A stretch of DNA of 64,000 bases from Mobula hypostoma (lineage: Eukaryota), in NCBI RefSeq assembly GCF_963921235.1, contig NC_086097.1, positions 51,338,001 through 51,402,000 on the forward strand. Direction: 5' to 3'. A model generated the notes under the pieces. That model saw only the letters and a list, made by a program, of their open reading frames with translations. It was not told where the DNA came from and ran no database searches. Below are positions 1 through 12,650 of the stretch, piece by piece. Within the stretch, counting starts at the first letter, position 1, and each line of letters begins with the position of its first letter. Both the position numbers and the translations under genes were made by a program.

Positions 1-329
1 CAGTACCTGCTGCAAGTCTTTCTCAGCCCTGAAGCATCCAGAAGGACAAGAATTCAGTATTTTGTGTCAAATTTGAAGTAATGGATTTCAAACTTTTTTT
101 TTCTTACCCCAATTGGCAAATTGGAGCAGTGGAAAGTTCTGCCTTTAGTTTCATTTTAAATGAGGAGTGATATGGAAAGCAGATGCAGGTGTTCCAGGAT
201 CTCAGAACAGATCTGGATTTTTAGGGGAAGAGGGTTGTGTGGTGGGGGTAGTTAGTAGAGAAACTTGGTTTTCTTGATGTTAAGTGTGAGGCCTATTCTC
301 CTGGAAACTTCAATTTAAGTTTTAGACTT

Positions 330-1130
330 TTAATGTGCACTTGATGCAAGTTAATGAACTCCACCCAATCTATGATTTTTACAACTTTACATCCCTCATC
401 TGTTCGGTCCTCAGCTGTTTTCACTTCAGAGAAAACAAACCAAGTCCATTCAACCTCGCCTCATAACTGAAGTCTTTCAATCCGGGCAATTTCCTCATTA
501 AACTCCTGTGTATGCTCTCCAGTGCAACATCATCCTTCCCACGGTTTGATGCTTAGAACTGTACATTATATTCCAAGTGTAATGTAGGCAGTGCTTTGTA
601 AAATAGCAATATAATGTCTTAACTTTCATATTGTGCCTCCTACACCAACCTATCTACTTGCATTTCAGGTCTTGAGTTTTTAGGATTCCCTGTTCTGCAA
701 CATTCCTTGGTGCCCTAGCATTTACTGTACATGTCCTACCAGTTTGACTTCTCAAAATGCATTACCGCACATTCGTCAAGATTAAATTCCATCTGCCAAG
801 GGTTTGCTTAATTTTGATCTGGTCTACATCTTACTGTAGTATTGTACAATCTTCCTTGCTATCCACAATATCACCAATTGTCATGTCATTCACAAACTTT
901 CTAATTGTACCTATGACACTTACATCCAAGTCATTAAAATATGTTATGGATAACAAAAGTCCCAGCAATAATACACGCAGGTCACAGAACTTCAATTAGA
1001 AAGGCATCCTTCAACGACTACCTTACGACCAAGCCAAATTTGAATCTGATTAGCCGAGACACATTAGATCCAATGTGCAGCTTTCCTTCTGAACCAGCCC
1101 ACCACACTGACCTTGTCAACTGGCTTACTA
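330..1130 (-). mobile_element. Highly degenerate CR1 fragment
   Basis: Residual similarity by eye to the other minus-strand CR1 copies (CTCTCCAGTGCAAC.ATCCTTCC, AAATTCCATCTGCCA). Confidence 0.6.
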
Positions 1131-1879
1131 GTATGTGACAGCATGGAGCCAAGGACACTCACATCACAAACAGCCTAGGTCGACGAGACAATTGCAGTGT
1201 TACTTCCAACAAATGCCGCCCAACCGTCTCTCTTTTGATAAACTTTCCTCCACTCTTGCCTCTTTACAGATTGTGTCCTAGGACGTTGGAGCTGGAAGTT
1301 TTAACATTATCGGAGGAGGAGCACACTTGCTTGGGCTCTTTCCATTCACCAGTTCTTTAGGTCACATTTCTTTTTGTTGGATTGCGGTCTTCGATTGCCT
1401 GAGCAACTGCTTTCTTTTTTCCTGAGTGACCAGGGCAACAGTGGACTTGTCACTAGCAATGCCAAATGGCTACCAAGGATAGGTGGTCAGACTCTTCCTT
1501 ATTGGAGACAATCAGGCACGTTTGTGGTCTGATTTTATATGTTATTCAGATCTTGCAGGCATGGACTGCTTCACTTGCACCATCCATCACAATACGATGG
1601 ACTAAATTAGGTTCTGCTCATTAACTAATCATCCAGCAACCTCAAGTATATTACACTGTTTTTAGTAAATATATTGTAGTAATGATGATAAACATAAACA
1701 TCGAAAATAAGAGGTAAGAAAAATAACATAGCTTCATCTTGAGATAGATCATGATAAGGAAGGAAGTGCAAAGCTTCACCAGTAATGTACTCATTTTGAG
1801 ATGGTAATCTGATCAGCTCAGCTGTAGGAACAGCTTGTCATAATGATGCTGTCACTCCAGACACAAAATGCGCTCTTAC

Positions 1880-2062
1880 CCTGCCAGAGAGATCTTCTTG
1901 AAGGAGAGTCTGCAGTAGCACTGGAGCAACTTCCTGTAACTGCAGCATATGACAGAGGTCAGTCAGCTCCTCGCGGCCCAGTGACCCACAGCCAATGGTA
2001 TCGAAGCTGTCAAACACCTCCTTCAGCCTCGCCTCATACTTATCTTGTTCTACTTCATCCAT
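1880..2062 (-). CDS. NIN: Ninein, first coding exon (61 codons, N-terminal EF-hand region)
   Basis: Translation MDEVEQDKYEARLKEVFDSFDTIGCGSLGREELTDLCHMLQLQEVAPVLLQTLLQEDLSGR closely resembles the vertebrate ninein N-terminus as I recall it (MDEVEQDQHEARLKELFDSFDT...). Acceptor tttcatcttttagcag| gives exon start 2086, ATG is at 2062, and donor AGG|GTAAGA follows 1880 (183 coding nt, phase 0). Later exons fall outside the window. Confidence 0.93.
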
Positions 2063-2764
2063 CCCATAGCACACGACGGGCTACACCTGCTAAAAGATGA
2101 AACAAAACCGTCAGCCAAACCTCCCCGAAAAGAAAAAGGGGAATATTTAGCATTCATGTGCAGGTGGTTCATTCATTACTAAAATTAGAGTTAAATGGGG
2201 GCAGGGGGGAGGCAAGTAACAGAATGCAGAAAGCAAAGCAGAAACAGCAGGGAAAGATTTAAAGAGATTTACTCAGACTAGCAGACTGTAGGAAATCCTT
2301 TTATCAGAATGATGATGAGTCTTCAACTTGAACTCCATTTCACCTTTTACCAATACTGCCTGAGCTGCTGAGTGCTTTGAGCATCTTTGTTCTTACTTCC
2401 TGCATCTGCACTTAAAAAAAATCTTCAGCCATAGAGGGAGGGGTGGAGACAGAGAGAGGGGGTAGTGTTGTTTGTGTTCCATAAGCTTAGTGCTGGGAAC
2501 ACAACTGCTCACCATTCACATCAGACATTTGCAAGCAGAAGTAGAGGTGCAAAACTATAGTCAGGATGTGGCAGATTGAAAATGGGATAATACAGAGGAT
2601 GACAGACGCAAATGCTCAAGAGATGAATGTACTCAAGGCTCAGATCAATATTCCCTTGGACTCAGAAGGAAGCAAGTGATACAAGCCTAGAATTAGAATT
2701 TTTAAACTATTATACAATTTCATATATGTATAAGATGCACTTTCGAGCAGGCTTTGAAGTATCT

Positions 2765-2884
2765 CTTACTATCTCTTCTTTCAGTTAGTCCTGACGAAGG
2801 GTCTCGGCCTGAAACGTTGACTGTACCTCTCCCTAAAGATGCTGCCTGGCCTGCTGCGTTCACCAGCATTTTTTCTGTGTGTTG
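2765..2884 (+). mobile_element. Short Penelope-derived 3' terminal insertion
   Basis: Matches the 3' end of the longer PLE copies; 12-bp TSD TTTGAAGTATCT at 2753-2764 and 2885-2896. Confidence 0.8.
2787..2822 (+). ncRNA. Minimal type I hammerhead ribozyme-like motif (GUU triplet)
   Basis: AGUC-CUGACGA-AGGGUCUCGGCCU-GAAAC-GUU-GACU; GUC>GUU fits CpG decay. Confidence 0.62.
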
Positions 2885-4837
2885 TTTGAAGTATCTGTGG
2901 CCATTTCCTATTGAAGTCCCACTTTTTGGAAATGCCTGCCCCAATGTATCCTCCCTCTGATGAAAACTCTATTTTCCCTGTTTCCCAAACATGACGTCAT
3001 TGGCATGGATTACTTAAATCAACCAAAAGTTTGAGAGGTCATCACTTACTGTCTTCATATTTAACTCCAAATTCAAATAGTTAATTGCTTTCAGATGAAT
3101 GGATTCTGCACCTTTTGAAATATTCCCCATTTTAATGTATGAAAGAACAAAATAGAAGTAATTTAGAATTAAACATAAAATGCTAGAAAACTTGAGGGGG
3201 CCAGCAGCACCTTGGAAAAGGGAAACACTTAACCTTGTAGGTCCAATATCCTCATCAGAACTTGGGGGGGGGGGACAATTTAAGTTGTCAGCAGTACAGA
3301 AACTGGGGTAGGGATGGGTAGAGCAAAGGAAATATCCTTGATCAGATGTGACCATATTAGCTAATACAGCAATTACAGCAGGTGTAGAAATCAGATAATT
3401 CTTCTCTGAAAATTTTATTTCATTCACAGTGGACATTTGGTACAAGTCTGTAAACCAATAGCAGGAATCTGAACTGCAGTCATGCAAGCCCAATGCCGCT
3501 GATTTTTGGAACCCCCACCAAATAACATCACATTTTTCTATTTTCTCTTCCCGTTGGCATCATCTTCGTAGCACAGATTTTAAAACTTTTATAAAAGGGG
3601 GTCAACTCATAACACTTGTTTAAAGCAACAATGTCCAAACTTTGGATTTTTTTTCTGATGACTTCTGATTTGGTGTTGGCATTAGGGGGAACCCTTTCTC
3701 AGTGAACCAGTCATCTGGGATAATTGTTGTTTGGGTAACAAAACAATTTTTAGGCAGAGAATCAGCCAAGATCTTATTGAACAGCAGAGCAGACTTGAGA
3801 GACCTAATGATATTCCTGCTCCAATTTCTTTTATACAATATGGAGAATATTAATACATTTCCAGAATGGCTGTTATTGTTAAACACCATCATTAAGGACC
3901 CCTCCCCCCCCCACCATCACCCAGGGCATGCCCTTTTCTCTTTGTTACCATCACAAAAGAGGTACAGAAGCCTAAAGTCACTTTTATTGTACTTTTGACC
4001 ATAACTGCCAGTACAGTACACACTCAGAGACTCAGGAATGCTTTTCCCCCCTCTGCCATCCGATTCCCGAATGGACATTGAACCCATGAACACTACCTCA
4101 CTTTTATTATTTTGGTTTTTGCATAACTTTTAATTTAACTATTTAATATGCATATTTATATATTTAAATTGATTTACTTATTTATTTTTCACTATATCAT
4201 CATGTACTGCATTGTACTGCTGCTGCTAAGTTAAGAAATTTCATGGCAAATGCCAGTGATATTAAATCAGAATCTGATTATTAGTAAACAAAATTTGATG
4301 CAAGTGGGAGGGGCTATATTTTGTTCATTAGAATTTGAAGATAAACATTCCTTGGAAAATGAATCCGAAAGGACTGAAGATGCACAATGATTTAACAGCA
4401 GATCAGTGGTGATGCAGGTTAATAAAGTGTTTAAAAGGGAAAACGAAGCAATTACTGGAAAGACAAAATTTAAAGCTGAGAAGTTACATTGTTTTTCTTT
4501 AACACAGCGCAGGTTCAAGTACTGTGAACAGTGCAGTACGGAAATTTGTTGTTGATCACAAATACATGCAATGTACCAACAAACATTTAGCACTCCTGCA
4601 CAAGCCATTAAGATGTCTTCAATGTGAGAATTACAATTAGTGGCTGATGTTTGACTCAAGCAAACAAAAATGAATTACTGTCCCATGCTTTCTACATTAT
4701 TAAATACAAAAAGGCTGTGGAGAAGATGCCAAAACAATCTACAAGGCCAATACCAGGTCTGAAACGTTATACTGCAACAGTACAGGGTACTCGTGAGGCC
4801 GCACCTGGAGTACTGTGTGCAGATCTAGTCTCCTTAT

Positions 4838-4970
4838 ACAACAGGAATTCTGCAGATGCTGGAAATTCAAGCAACACACATCAAAGTTGCTGGTGAACGC
4901 AGCAGGCCAGGCAGCATCTCTAGGAAGAGGTACAGTCGACGTTTCAGGCCGAGACCCTTCGTCAGGACTG
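4838..4970 (-). mobile_element. Short Penelope-derived 3' terminal insertion inside a CR1
   Basis: Same sequence family; interrupts the CR1 RT C-terminal region (..SPY|LRRDILALE..). Confidence 0.8.
4934..4969 (-). ncRNA. Minimal type I hammerhead ribozyme-like motif
   Basis: AGUC-CUGACGA-AGGGUCUCGGCCU-GAAAC-GUC-GACU: stem I AGUC/GACU, CUGANGA and GAAA boxes, short stem II, palindromic ACGU stem III, GUC triplet. Confidence 0.7.
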
Positions 4971-7900
4971 AGGAGGGATATATTGGCTTTGGAGGCAGTG
5001 CAGGGGAGGTTCACCAGGCTGATTCCAGAGATGAGAGGGTTAGACTATGAAGAGAGATTGAGTCACCTGGGACTGTACTCACTGGAATTCAGAAGAATAA
5101 GAGGGGATCTTATAGAAACATACAAAACTATGAAAGGGATAGATAAGATAGAGGCAGGAATGTTGTTTCCACTTGTAGGTAAGAGTACAGCTAGGGGACA
5201 TAGCCTCAAGATTCAGGATGGAGATGAGGAGGAACTGCTTTTACCAGAGAGTGCTGAATCTGTGGAATTCTCTGCCCAATGAAGCAAAGATATTTTAAGA
5301 CAAGGTTGGACAGTCTTTTGCATAGTAGGGGAATTAAGGGTTATGGGGAAAAGGCAGGTAGGTGGAGATGAGTCCATTGCCAGATCAGCCATGATCTTAC
5401 TGAATGGTGGAGCAGGCTTGATGGGCCAGATGGCCTACTCTTGCTCCTATTTCTGATGTTCTTATGCTCTTTTGCAAGTCTGTCACAAGCTATTGACCAG
5501 ATTATGGCTCTTTAAACAAAACAACAAACTTTTAAAGCTTTTTAAAGAGATAACAAGTTTAGAGAAGACATATCTGCATGGAGATACCAAAACAAGGAGA
5601 CATCAAGTTGTTTTAAATTACTTAACCCCATGCAAACAACCAGTGGCTAAACCAAGGATGGAATATCACACTGAGCCTGCTGAAGATAGTTAGGCTTTCC
5701 TGGGAAATTTCTGCTTTGCTGTCCTGGGACTGTAATAACCCAAAAAGGAATTCAGGAGAATATCTTCATCAAAACATTAAAACTCTCTGCCTCAGGGGAA
5801 AAATGAGGTGAACAGCAGAGAGACTTCCACAAAGAAGCTGAATAAATATGTATGGGAGCCTGGAAGAAGGATATGTTCATGCAAGTGAAATGAAGCGTGA
5901 GGCATGATCTTGATAGCACCCATTTCTGTGCTACAAATACAATGTAAAAAGCGATATCTGTTATATTCCCCTCAGCAAGGCTAAAAAAGTGTCATACACT
6001 GCACAAGTTTCAAAGCAATTGGCTACAATATTACTGTTCCAATATTTTGCTGATAAACCATATTGCAGATTCATAGGATCAACCAGATGACAAGGTGGGA
6101 TTGCTGAAAATATAACACCTGTGGTGACTGTTTGGATAACCAAACTTTATACAATAGTATAAACATGGAAATATTAAACTTTAGAAAAAACAAAAGAAAA
6201 TGAAAGCTCTCTTAATCTTAGAGCGATTACCTACCCAAAAAAGTCAAAATCAGAATCTGAATTCAACTCTTGTCATATGCCAACTATCAATATGCACACA
6301 ATAGCCTAGATTCCAATTTTTTTTTTAAAAGTTAATCATCAGCTGTGGTTTTGTGTCTAACTATATTGCTCTGCAGATTTCATTGTTTTATATGACCTGC
6401 TGGCCAATGAAAGCCAAGCAGTTCAGATCTGGAGAAAATGCTTAAAGCAGCTCCTTGTAGCATTCAGCTATTGATGCTCAGCTCTCCAGATTTGGCTGTT
6501 TTGAACAGATGCATTCAACTAGTAGGGAATTACATTGCAAACCTTTATGTTTATAGTCCAGAACGTACCCAATTTGTAATTTCTTTCTTTGTGTAAACTT
6601 TCTGTTGCTGCAGCATACAAGCTACACAGCTGTGCTGGAAACATTTCTGTGGGAATCCTAGCATGAGGCATCTCAGCTCAGCTGCAGGTAAAAGTGCCAT
6701 TAATTGCAATACAAAAAGATTGTCAGCATCAGCAGGACCCAAACTCACTTCTTGCTTGCTGTATTGATAGAATAGACTTAATAGTCCTGGCTGCAATTAT
6801 TAATGTAATCAGGGTTTGAAGAGGTTTCTAAATGACACCAGCTGCAACATAATATAGTGCTGGATACATCTGAACACCCTTCTGAATACATTAGAAGGCT
6901 ACGTGACTTAAAGTAAGTGCTGTGGGGACAACAAGCTTCCGTGCACAATACCACCTCTGTTCCCAATTTCTAATTATGACTGTGTAGGCATAGCCAGACA
7001 ACAAAGTGGAATATATACATACGGATTGTAAATGAAGTGTTGAGGAAATTATTTGGCATACATTAAAAGGGGAATAAGATCAAAGCAACAAAATGAAGTG
7101 GCAGCGTCCCATTATAAACTCAGTCATGCCTAGTGTGCACAAGGAGAAAGAGAAGAAGCAGCAAGCCATTCAGCCCCTTGTGCCTGCTCTCCCAGTTAAT
7201 AAGATTGTGGTTGAACTGCATCTTCAGGTGCATTTTCCTGTACTCATCTACCATTTCTTGTTTTACTTTACATCTAAAAATGATTAACATCTGTCTAGGA
7301 CATGCTCATCAATGACTCTCCAAAAAGGGAAAGAAACCCAAAGATTTGCTAGCCTCTGAGGAAATAAATTCTCATCTCAATCTCGAATGGCTGGACTTTC
7401 ATTCTGGGATTACGAACTATACTTCTAGACACCTTTTCTCAAGGAACATCACTCTTGAATCTAGCTGGTAAGAACTTTATAGGCTTCAATAGTATAGCCA
7501 GGGGGAACAGAATTGTGCCCATTGTTTCTGGCAAGAGGGAAAATAGTGTGGCACTCCCCCCCCCCCCAACTTTGGTAGCCCTAAAGATGTGCCCCATATG
7601 TGCTTAGGCAATCGTCTAGTCCATAAGGGGAAGACTATGTAGTCTTTGTGAGAGTCACTGTTTTAACCCTGTTATTTAAGGCCTTTTGCTCAGCTTGAGT
7701 TTGTGATATTTGTATGGTTAGTCTTAAATTTCCATGTAAACTTGAGGCACTGATGTGCTTTATTATACTGGTGTAGTAACTTTATTTAACACACTTTACT
7801 CAGTCTGATGAAAACTCAGGAGCTGTATTTTATTGAAATCTGACTTGCCTCTCCATGTACGTTTCTAACAAAACTGCTGTTTGTTCATAAAATTTGTTAT

Positions 7901-10900
7901 GACTAAACTACCTCGTCAGACTGCCTGCCTTGAAGAGGTATGGAATCTGGAATCTGCCTATAATCCCATCTCAGTGGTTACAATAGAATCACCTTATTGT
8001 TCTTTTAAACTGAAGAAAGTATAAATTCATTCCATTTAATCTCTTCTCTTGGGATAAAAATCTCCAGCAATCAATCTGGCAAGTCTTCGCACTCTTTATT
8101 GCAAGTAGATCCTTCTATAGGTCGGGAGATAAGGTCTATACCACAATGTGCCAGGGACAGTCTCACTTTTCCTCTATAATTCAGCAAAATGTCTGATGAA
8201 CATTCTTTGTCCCTGAATGTTAATTTGGTTTCTCTATTTTTTTTGCATATGCTGCCTGACCTGATTGTACTTCAGTTTTTTTAAATTTCAGATTTCCTGT
8301 ATCTGTTGTTTTGTTTTTAATTTTCAATTGGGAATTATTACACTTGGTTCTGTCATCCAAATCATTGATAAAGATTGTGAACAGCTGGGGCCCCACCATT
8401 AATCCTTACAACATCCAATTAGTCACAGCCTCCCAACCTGACAACAATCTCCTTATTCACACTTCTCTGAGTCAGTATATCACCCCCAATCCCATTTACT
8501 CTAATTCTGTTCAATTTTATCAAAGGCCTTCTGAAAGTTCAAATGTTCCACATCCACTGTTTCCCTCCCATCTAATCTGTCAGTTTTAATCTCAAACTCA
8601 CAATAGATTTGTCATCTTTTCCTCTTTTGTTAACAAACTGTATATCATCTGTTATATCCTATTAGGATATTTTATCTTCCCTGTTAATCATCAGTTCTAA
8701 TATTCCCCCGCCCACCCCCCATCATGCTAATTGACCTATGGTTCTTCATTTGTGGAAACTAATGTGGAACAGATGAAATTTTGGATAATGACAGCCAATG
8801 GATCCATTATCACCTCTCTCAAAACCTTGTGATGCAGGTTATCAGGTTAGGGGTATTTTATCAGTGATGAATTTCTCCAATATTTTCCACTGTTGGCCAA
8901 TAGGGAGTCTATCATCATTTAAACCTGTGGGTTGCCAGTCTTGGTTGTAAACGTGGATGACTATGGTTTCAAACAGAAGGCAGGGATCAGACATGCGGTG
9001 TGAACACTAGATCAGACTCCACTTAGGAGATTCAACTTCATTGAAATTAATGAACCTGAATTTTGATAAGCAGTGGGAAAAAAAATGCACCCATCTTGTT
9101 ATAACACCATGTGCATAAAACCTGAATTACTCCCACTTGGAATCCAAATCCAGATGAAGCATTACACTGTGAAAAGTCCTGAGTTAAACGTGATCACCCA
9201 GTGGTCATCCAGTGTCAAAACTTTATTTAAATCAGCATTTTTTTCTCCTTGCAATTTTCAGGACTTGGTTTGTCAGAGGCAAGCCAGCATTTATTCCCTA
9301 TCCAAAATGATCAAATAAAACCAAAGGTACTCCTTAATTCTAATGTTTTGAAATGAAGTGGATTGCAAATCAGTAGCAGGAAGTATTCACTTTAAAATAG
9401 GAAAGATTTTGACCTTAGTTGATACAGCAGGGTAATTCCAAAGTGAATCTGTTTTGTTTGAAAAGGAAGGTGCAATGTACCATTCTCTTCAGAATCTCCT
9501 TCTCACTCATACATGAACACTCAAGCATTCTCTCCCCCAGTCACACACTGACACTCCGATAAATTAGATAAAGAGAATTTGAAAATATTCAAAATGGCTA
9601 ACTCATTTGCCAGTCTAATATCTCTGTCTCATAATTACCATACTGACACACACATAAAAAGATATCCAATGTATAATGTCAGTTAAAGAATTCTTTTGGT
9701 GGGCAATCAATCAGTAAGAATGACATTTAATTGAATGTTATCTTTGAATGGGATGGGCAAAATGCAATTTTTGAGCCATATAGCAAGTTCAGACATATCA
9801 GACCTACCTCCTGCTAAGAATTTGTAACTTTCTCATTATGTACAAATTATTCACAGAGATGAATATGAAATGGAGCATGTCATGCTCTATTAGACTTTCA
9901 TGAAAATATTCAAATAGTAGTGATCATGTCAGTAGACTGGGACATGTGATTGTCCACTGACAAATTTTAAAGAAGAATTCAAAGAAGAAAGCCATGCATT
10001 TCAGACAGACGATTGTCACTTAATAGTTGGGGGGGGGTGAGAAATTGCAGTTTTTCCAGCAGTTTTAATTGAAAGATATTAAATTGTTTAAAATAATCTT
10101 ATGCAGAATGATGGCCCAAGACTAAGTATTTGCTGGAAATGTCTTTTTTTAAAATAAATGCTGCTTTTTGATCATGTGGTCTACTTAAAGAAATTTTCTT
10201 TTCCCAAGTCTAGTAAGCAATAAAGGCTCTTCCTGGCATGCTATTAAAAATAAACTACTCAGTAGGCTAGATTACTATCATTGTTTACAAGGTTAGTTCA
10301 TCAATCTGAGTGATCCAAAATCCTGAATATGCTTTTAACTGCTTCTTTAAATTATCTGTTGCTTCCTATGTTCTACATTGGAATAGATTTTGTGCGAGTT
10401 AATTACTTTTTACTTTAAGAAAATAGTTTCTAAATACTAATCTATAATTTCCTTCTTGTAGATTGTTATTTACACATTCTTTTCGAAATCTCACTATTCA
10501 GTGACAAATAAATTTCCAACTATCTTCCCTCTGTGCCCTTTGCTACCTCATATCTGTCTGCATGACTAAGTCAACTTCCCTGTAGTGGGAATACTCACTT
10601 CAGCGCCAGTGAAATTAATAAATGTTTCCAAAAGAGATCCCTTGGTCTTCCAGTGATAGAAACATTTTGGGTCATGCTATGTAAAACGTTGCAATGTTAC
10701 GTTCAACCAGGAATTACTACAAATTCACTGGAGTCAGATCAGATTTTCCTAACAACCAGAAACAGACTCAAATATCAGAACCAATTGGTTTGAATTAGCA
10801 GTTGGACCTTATCAACAGAATATTTTTGTAATCCAAACTTAAGATAAAATTTCACTGGTTATTTTGTCACTGTTTTATCAACAATCACAATATCATTTTA

Positions 10901-11369
10901 CTTACTAATTAGCTTATAGACATACCTAAAAATCACACTATAATTTGCCATCCTTATGGTTTTGGAGCACCAGCAAGATGCTTCTGCATCTTGTTTCCGA
11001 TGAAAACTAAAATAAAAGATACTGAGTTTAAAACCTTGTGTAAAATGTCTACTGGCATTTCCAAACATTAACTACAATGGGCACGCTCTGTTGGTGCCAG
11101 GAGCATTGCAACACTTTCAGGCTTCACAATACAATACTCGCCAATTTGATTTGACACAAATGATGTATTTCACTGTATGTTTTGATGCCCATGTGACAAA
11201 TAAAGCTAATCTCTTTATCTTCACTGTATATCAATTATCTCCCACAATTAATTTGCAGGAAATTGATTTTCCTTTAGATACCGCTTCAAAACTAAGATAA
11301 TATTTTTCTAGTATTTTAAACTTTTTCCAGTAACGTGTATAAATATAGAGAAGTGCTTTAGAGAAGCAT

Positions 11370-12650
11370 TCTTTCTTCTTAAATGTTGCAATCGAACCTG
11401 CATCCACCACTTCCGCTGGCAGCTCATTTCACACTCACCTGATGGAAGAGGTTCTTCCTCAAATATTTTGCCTTTCACCCTTAACCTAGGACCTGTCTCC
11501 CCCAACCTCTACAGAAAAAGCCTGCTTTCACTTACCATATAACAATTACAGCACGGAAATAGGCCATCTTGGCCCTTCTAGTCCGTGCCAAACTCTTACT
11601 CTCACCTAGTCCCACCGACCTGCACTCAACCCATAACCCTCCATTCCTTTCCTGTCCATCTAGCTGTCCAATTTAACTTTAAACGACAACATCGAACCTG
11701 CCTCAACCACTTCTGCTGGAAGCTCGTTCCACACAGCTACCATTCTCTGAGTAAAGAAGTTCCCCCTCATGTTACTCCTAAACTTTTGTCCTTTAACTCT
11801 CAACTCATGTCCTCTTGTTTGAATCTTCCCCACTCTCAATGGAAAAAGCTTATCCACGTCAACTCTATCTCTCCCCCTCATAATTTTAAATATCTCTATC
11901 ACGTCCCCCCTCAACCTTCTACACTCTAAACCTCTATCAAATTTTCCCTCATTCTCTTATGCTCCAGGGTATAAAGACCTCACCTATTCAACCCTTCCCT
12001 AAAACTCTGGTCCTCAACTCCCAGCAACATCCAGGCAAATTTTCTCTCTACTCTTTCAATCATATTGATACATTTCCTGCAGGAGGGTGACCGGAACTGA
12101 TATGCATTTAGAAGTGACTGACTCCATTCAATTTGAAAACTGGAAGCGATGAGCATCTGCACTTACGTTTTTCCGAATGCAGCTGCTGGCCACTTAGGAG
12201 ATTTTCTTGGAAGCTGACAAAGCAGCTCCTGCACTGAACCTGCAGTACTCATTACAGTTGAGGGATAAACATCCTGTAGGACTGCATCTCCACTTATAAC
12301 TTTGTACCCAATGGGAAATAGCATTTTGCATTACAGAAAATTATTGTACCGTTTTCTAGAAAGGCTACTCCTCTGTAAAACGGGGTTCATCTGCACCAGG
12401 TGATAGGGGAAAGTTAAAAGGAAAGTGTTTTTTAAAAAAAATGCCCAAGAATGTCTGGAATGTGCTGCCAGGTGAGGTGGTAGAAGCAGATATGGCAACA
12501 ACATTGAGGCTTTAAACAGACCCATGAAGTGGTAAGGAATAGAGGGACATGACCCTCGGCAGCAGATATTATTTATTTAGATTGGCACCATGGTCATCAG
12601 ATACACTGCGCTGAAAGATCTGTTCCTGAGCTAGGCCGTTCAACGTCTTT
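11370..12650. mobile_element. Cluster of CR1 3' fragments (nested minus-strand copies plus a plus-strand tail)
   Basis: MRGDVIEIFKIMRG...TRGHELRV...FFTQRMVAVWNELP on minus at 11660-11914, with adjacent related pieces. Confidence 0.75.

Larger units (their letters stand above)
4700..5468 (+). mobile_element. CR1 LINE 3' fragment
   Basis: VRPHLEYCV, LEAVQGRFTRLIP, LYSLEFRRIRGDLIETYK and typical 3' UTR. Confidence 0.85.

Noticed and set aside
1230..1500. Strong plus-strand polypyrimidine tract plus CAG at ~1269 suggesting an antisense exon
   Set aside because: No matching strong donor, ORF or other exons found; cannot be supported from sequence alone.
1838..2074. ORF-track protein as a complete 78-aa gene, or as NINL
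   Set aside because: It is a spliced exon (true ATG 2062, donor after 1880), and the sequence fits NIN (MDEVEQD..EARLKE) better than NINL.
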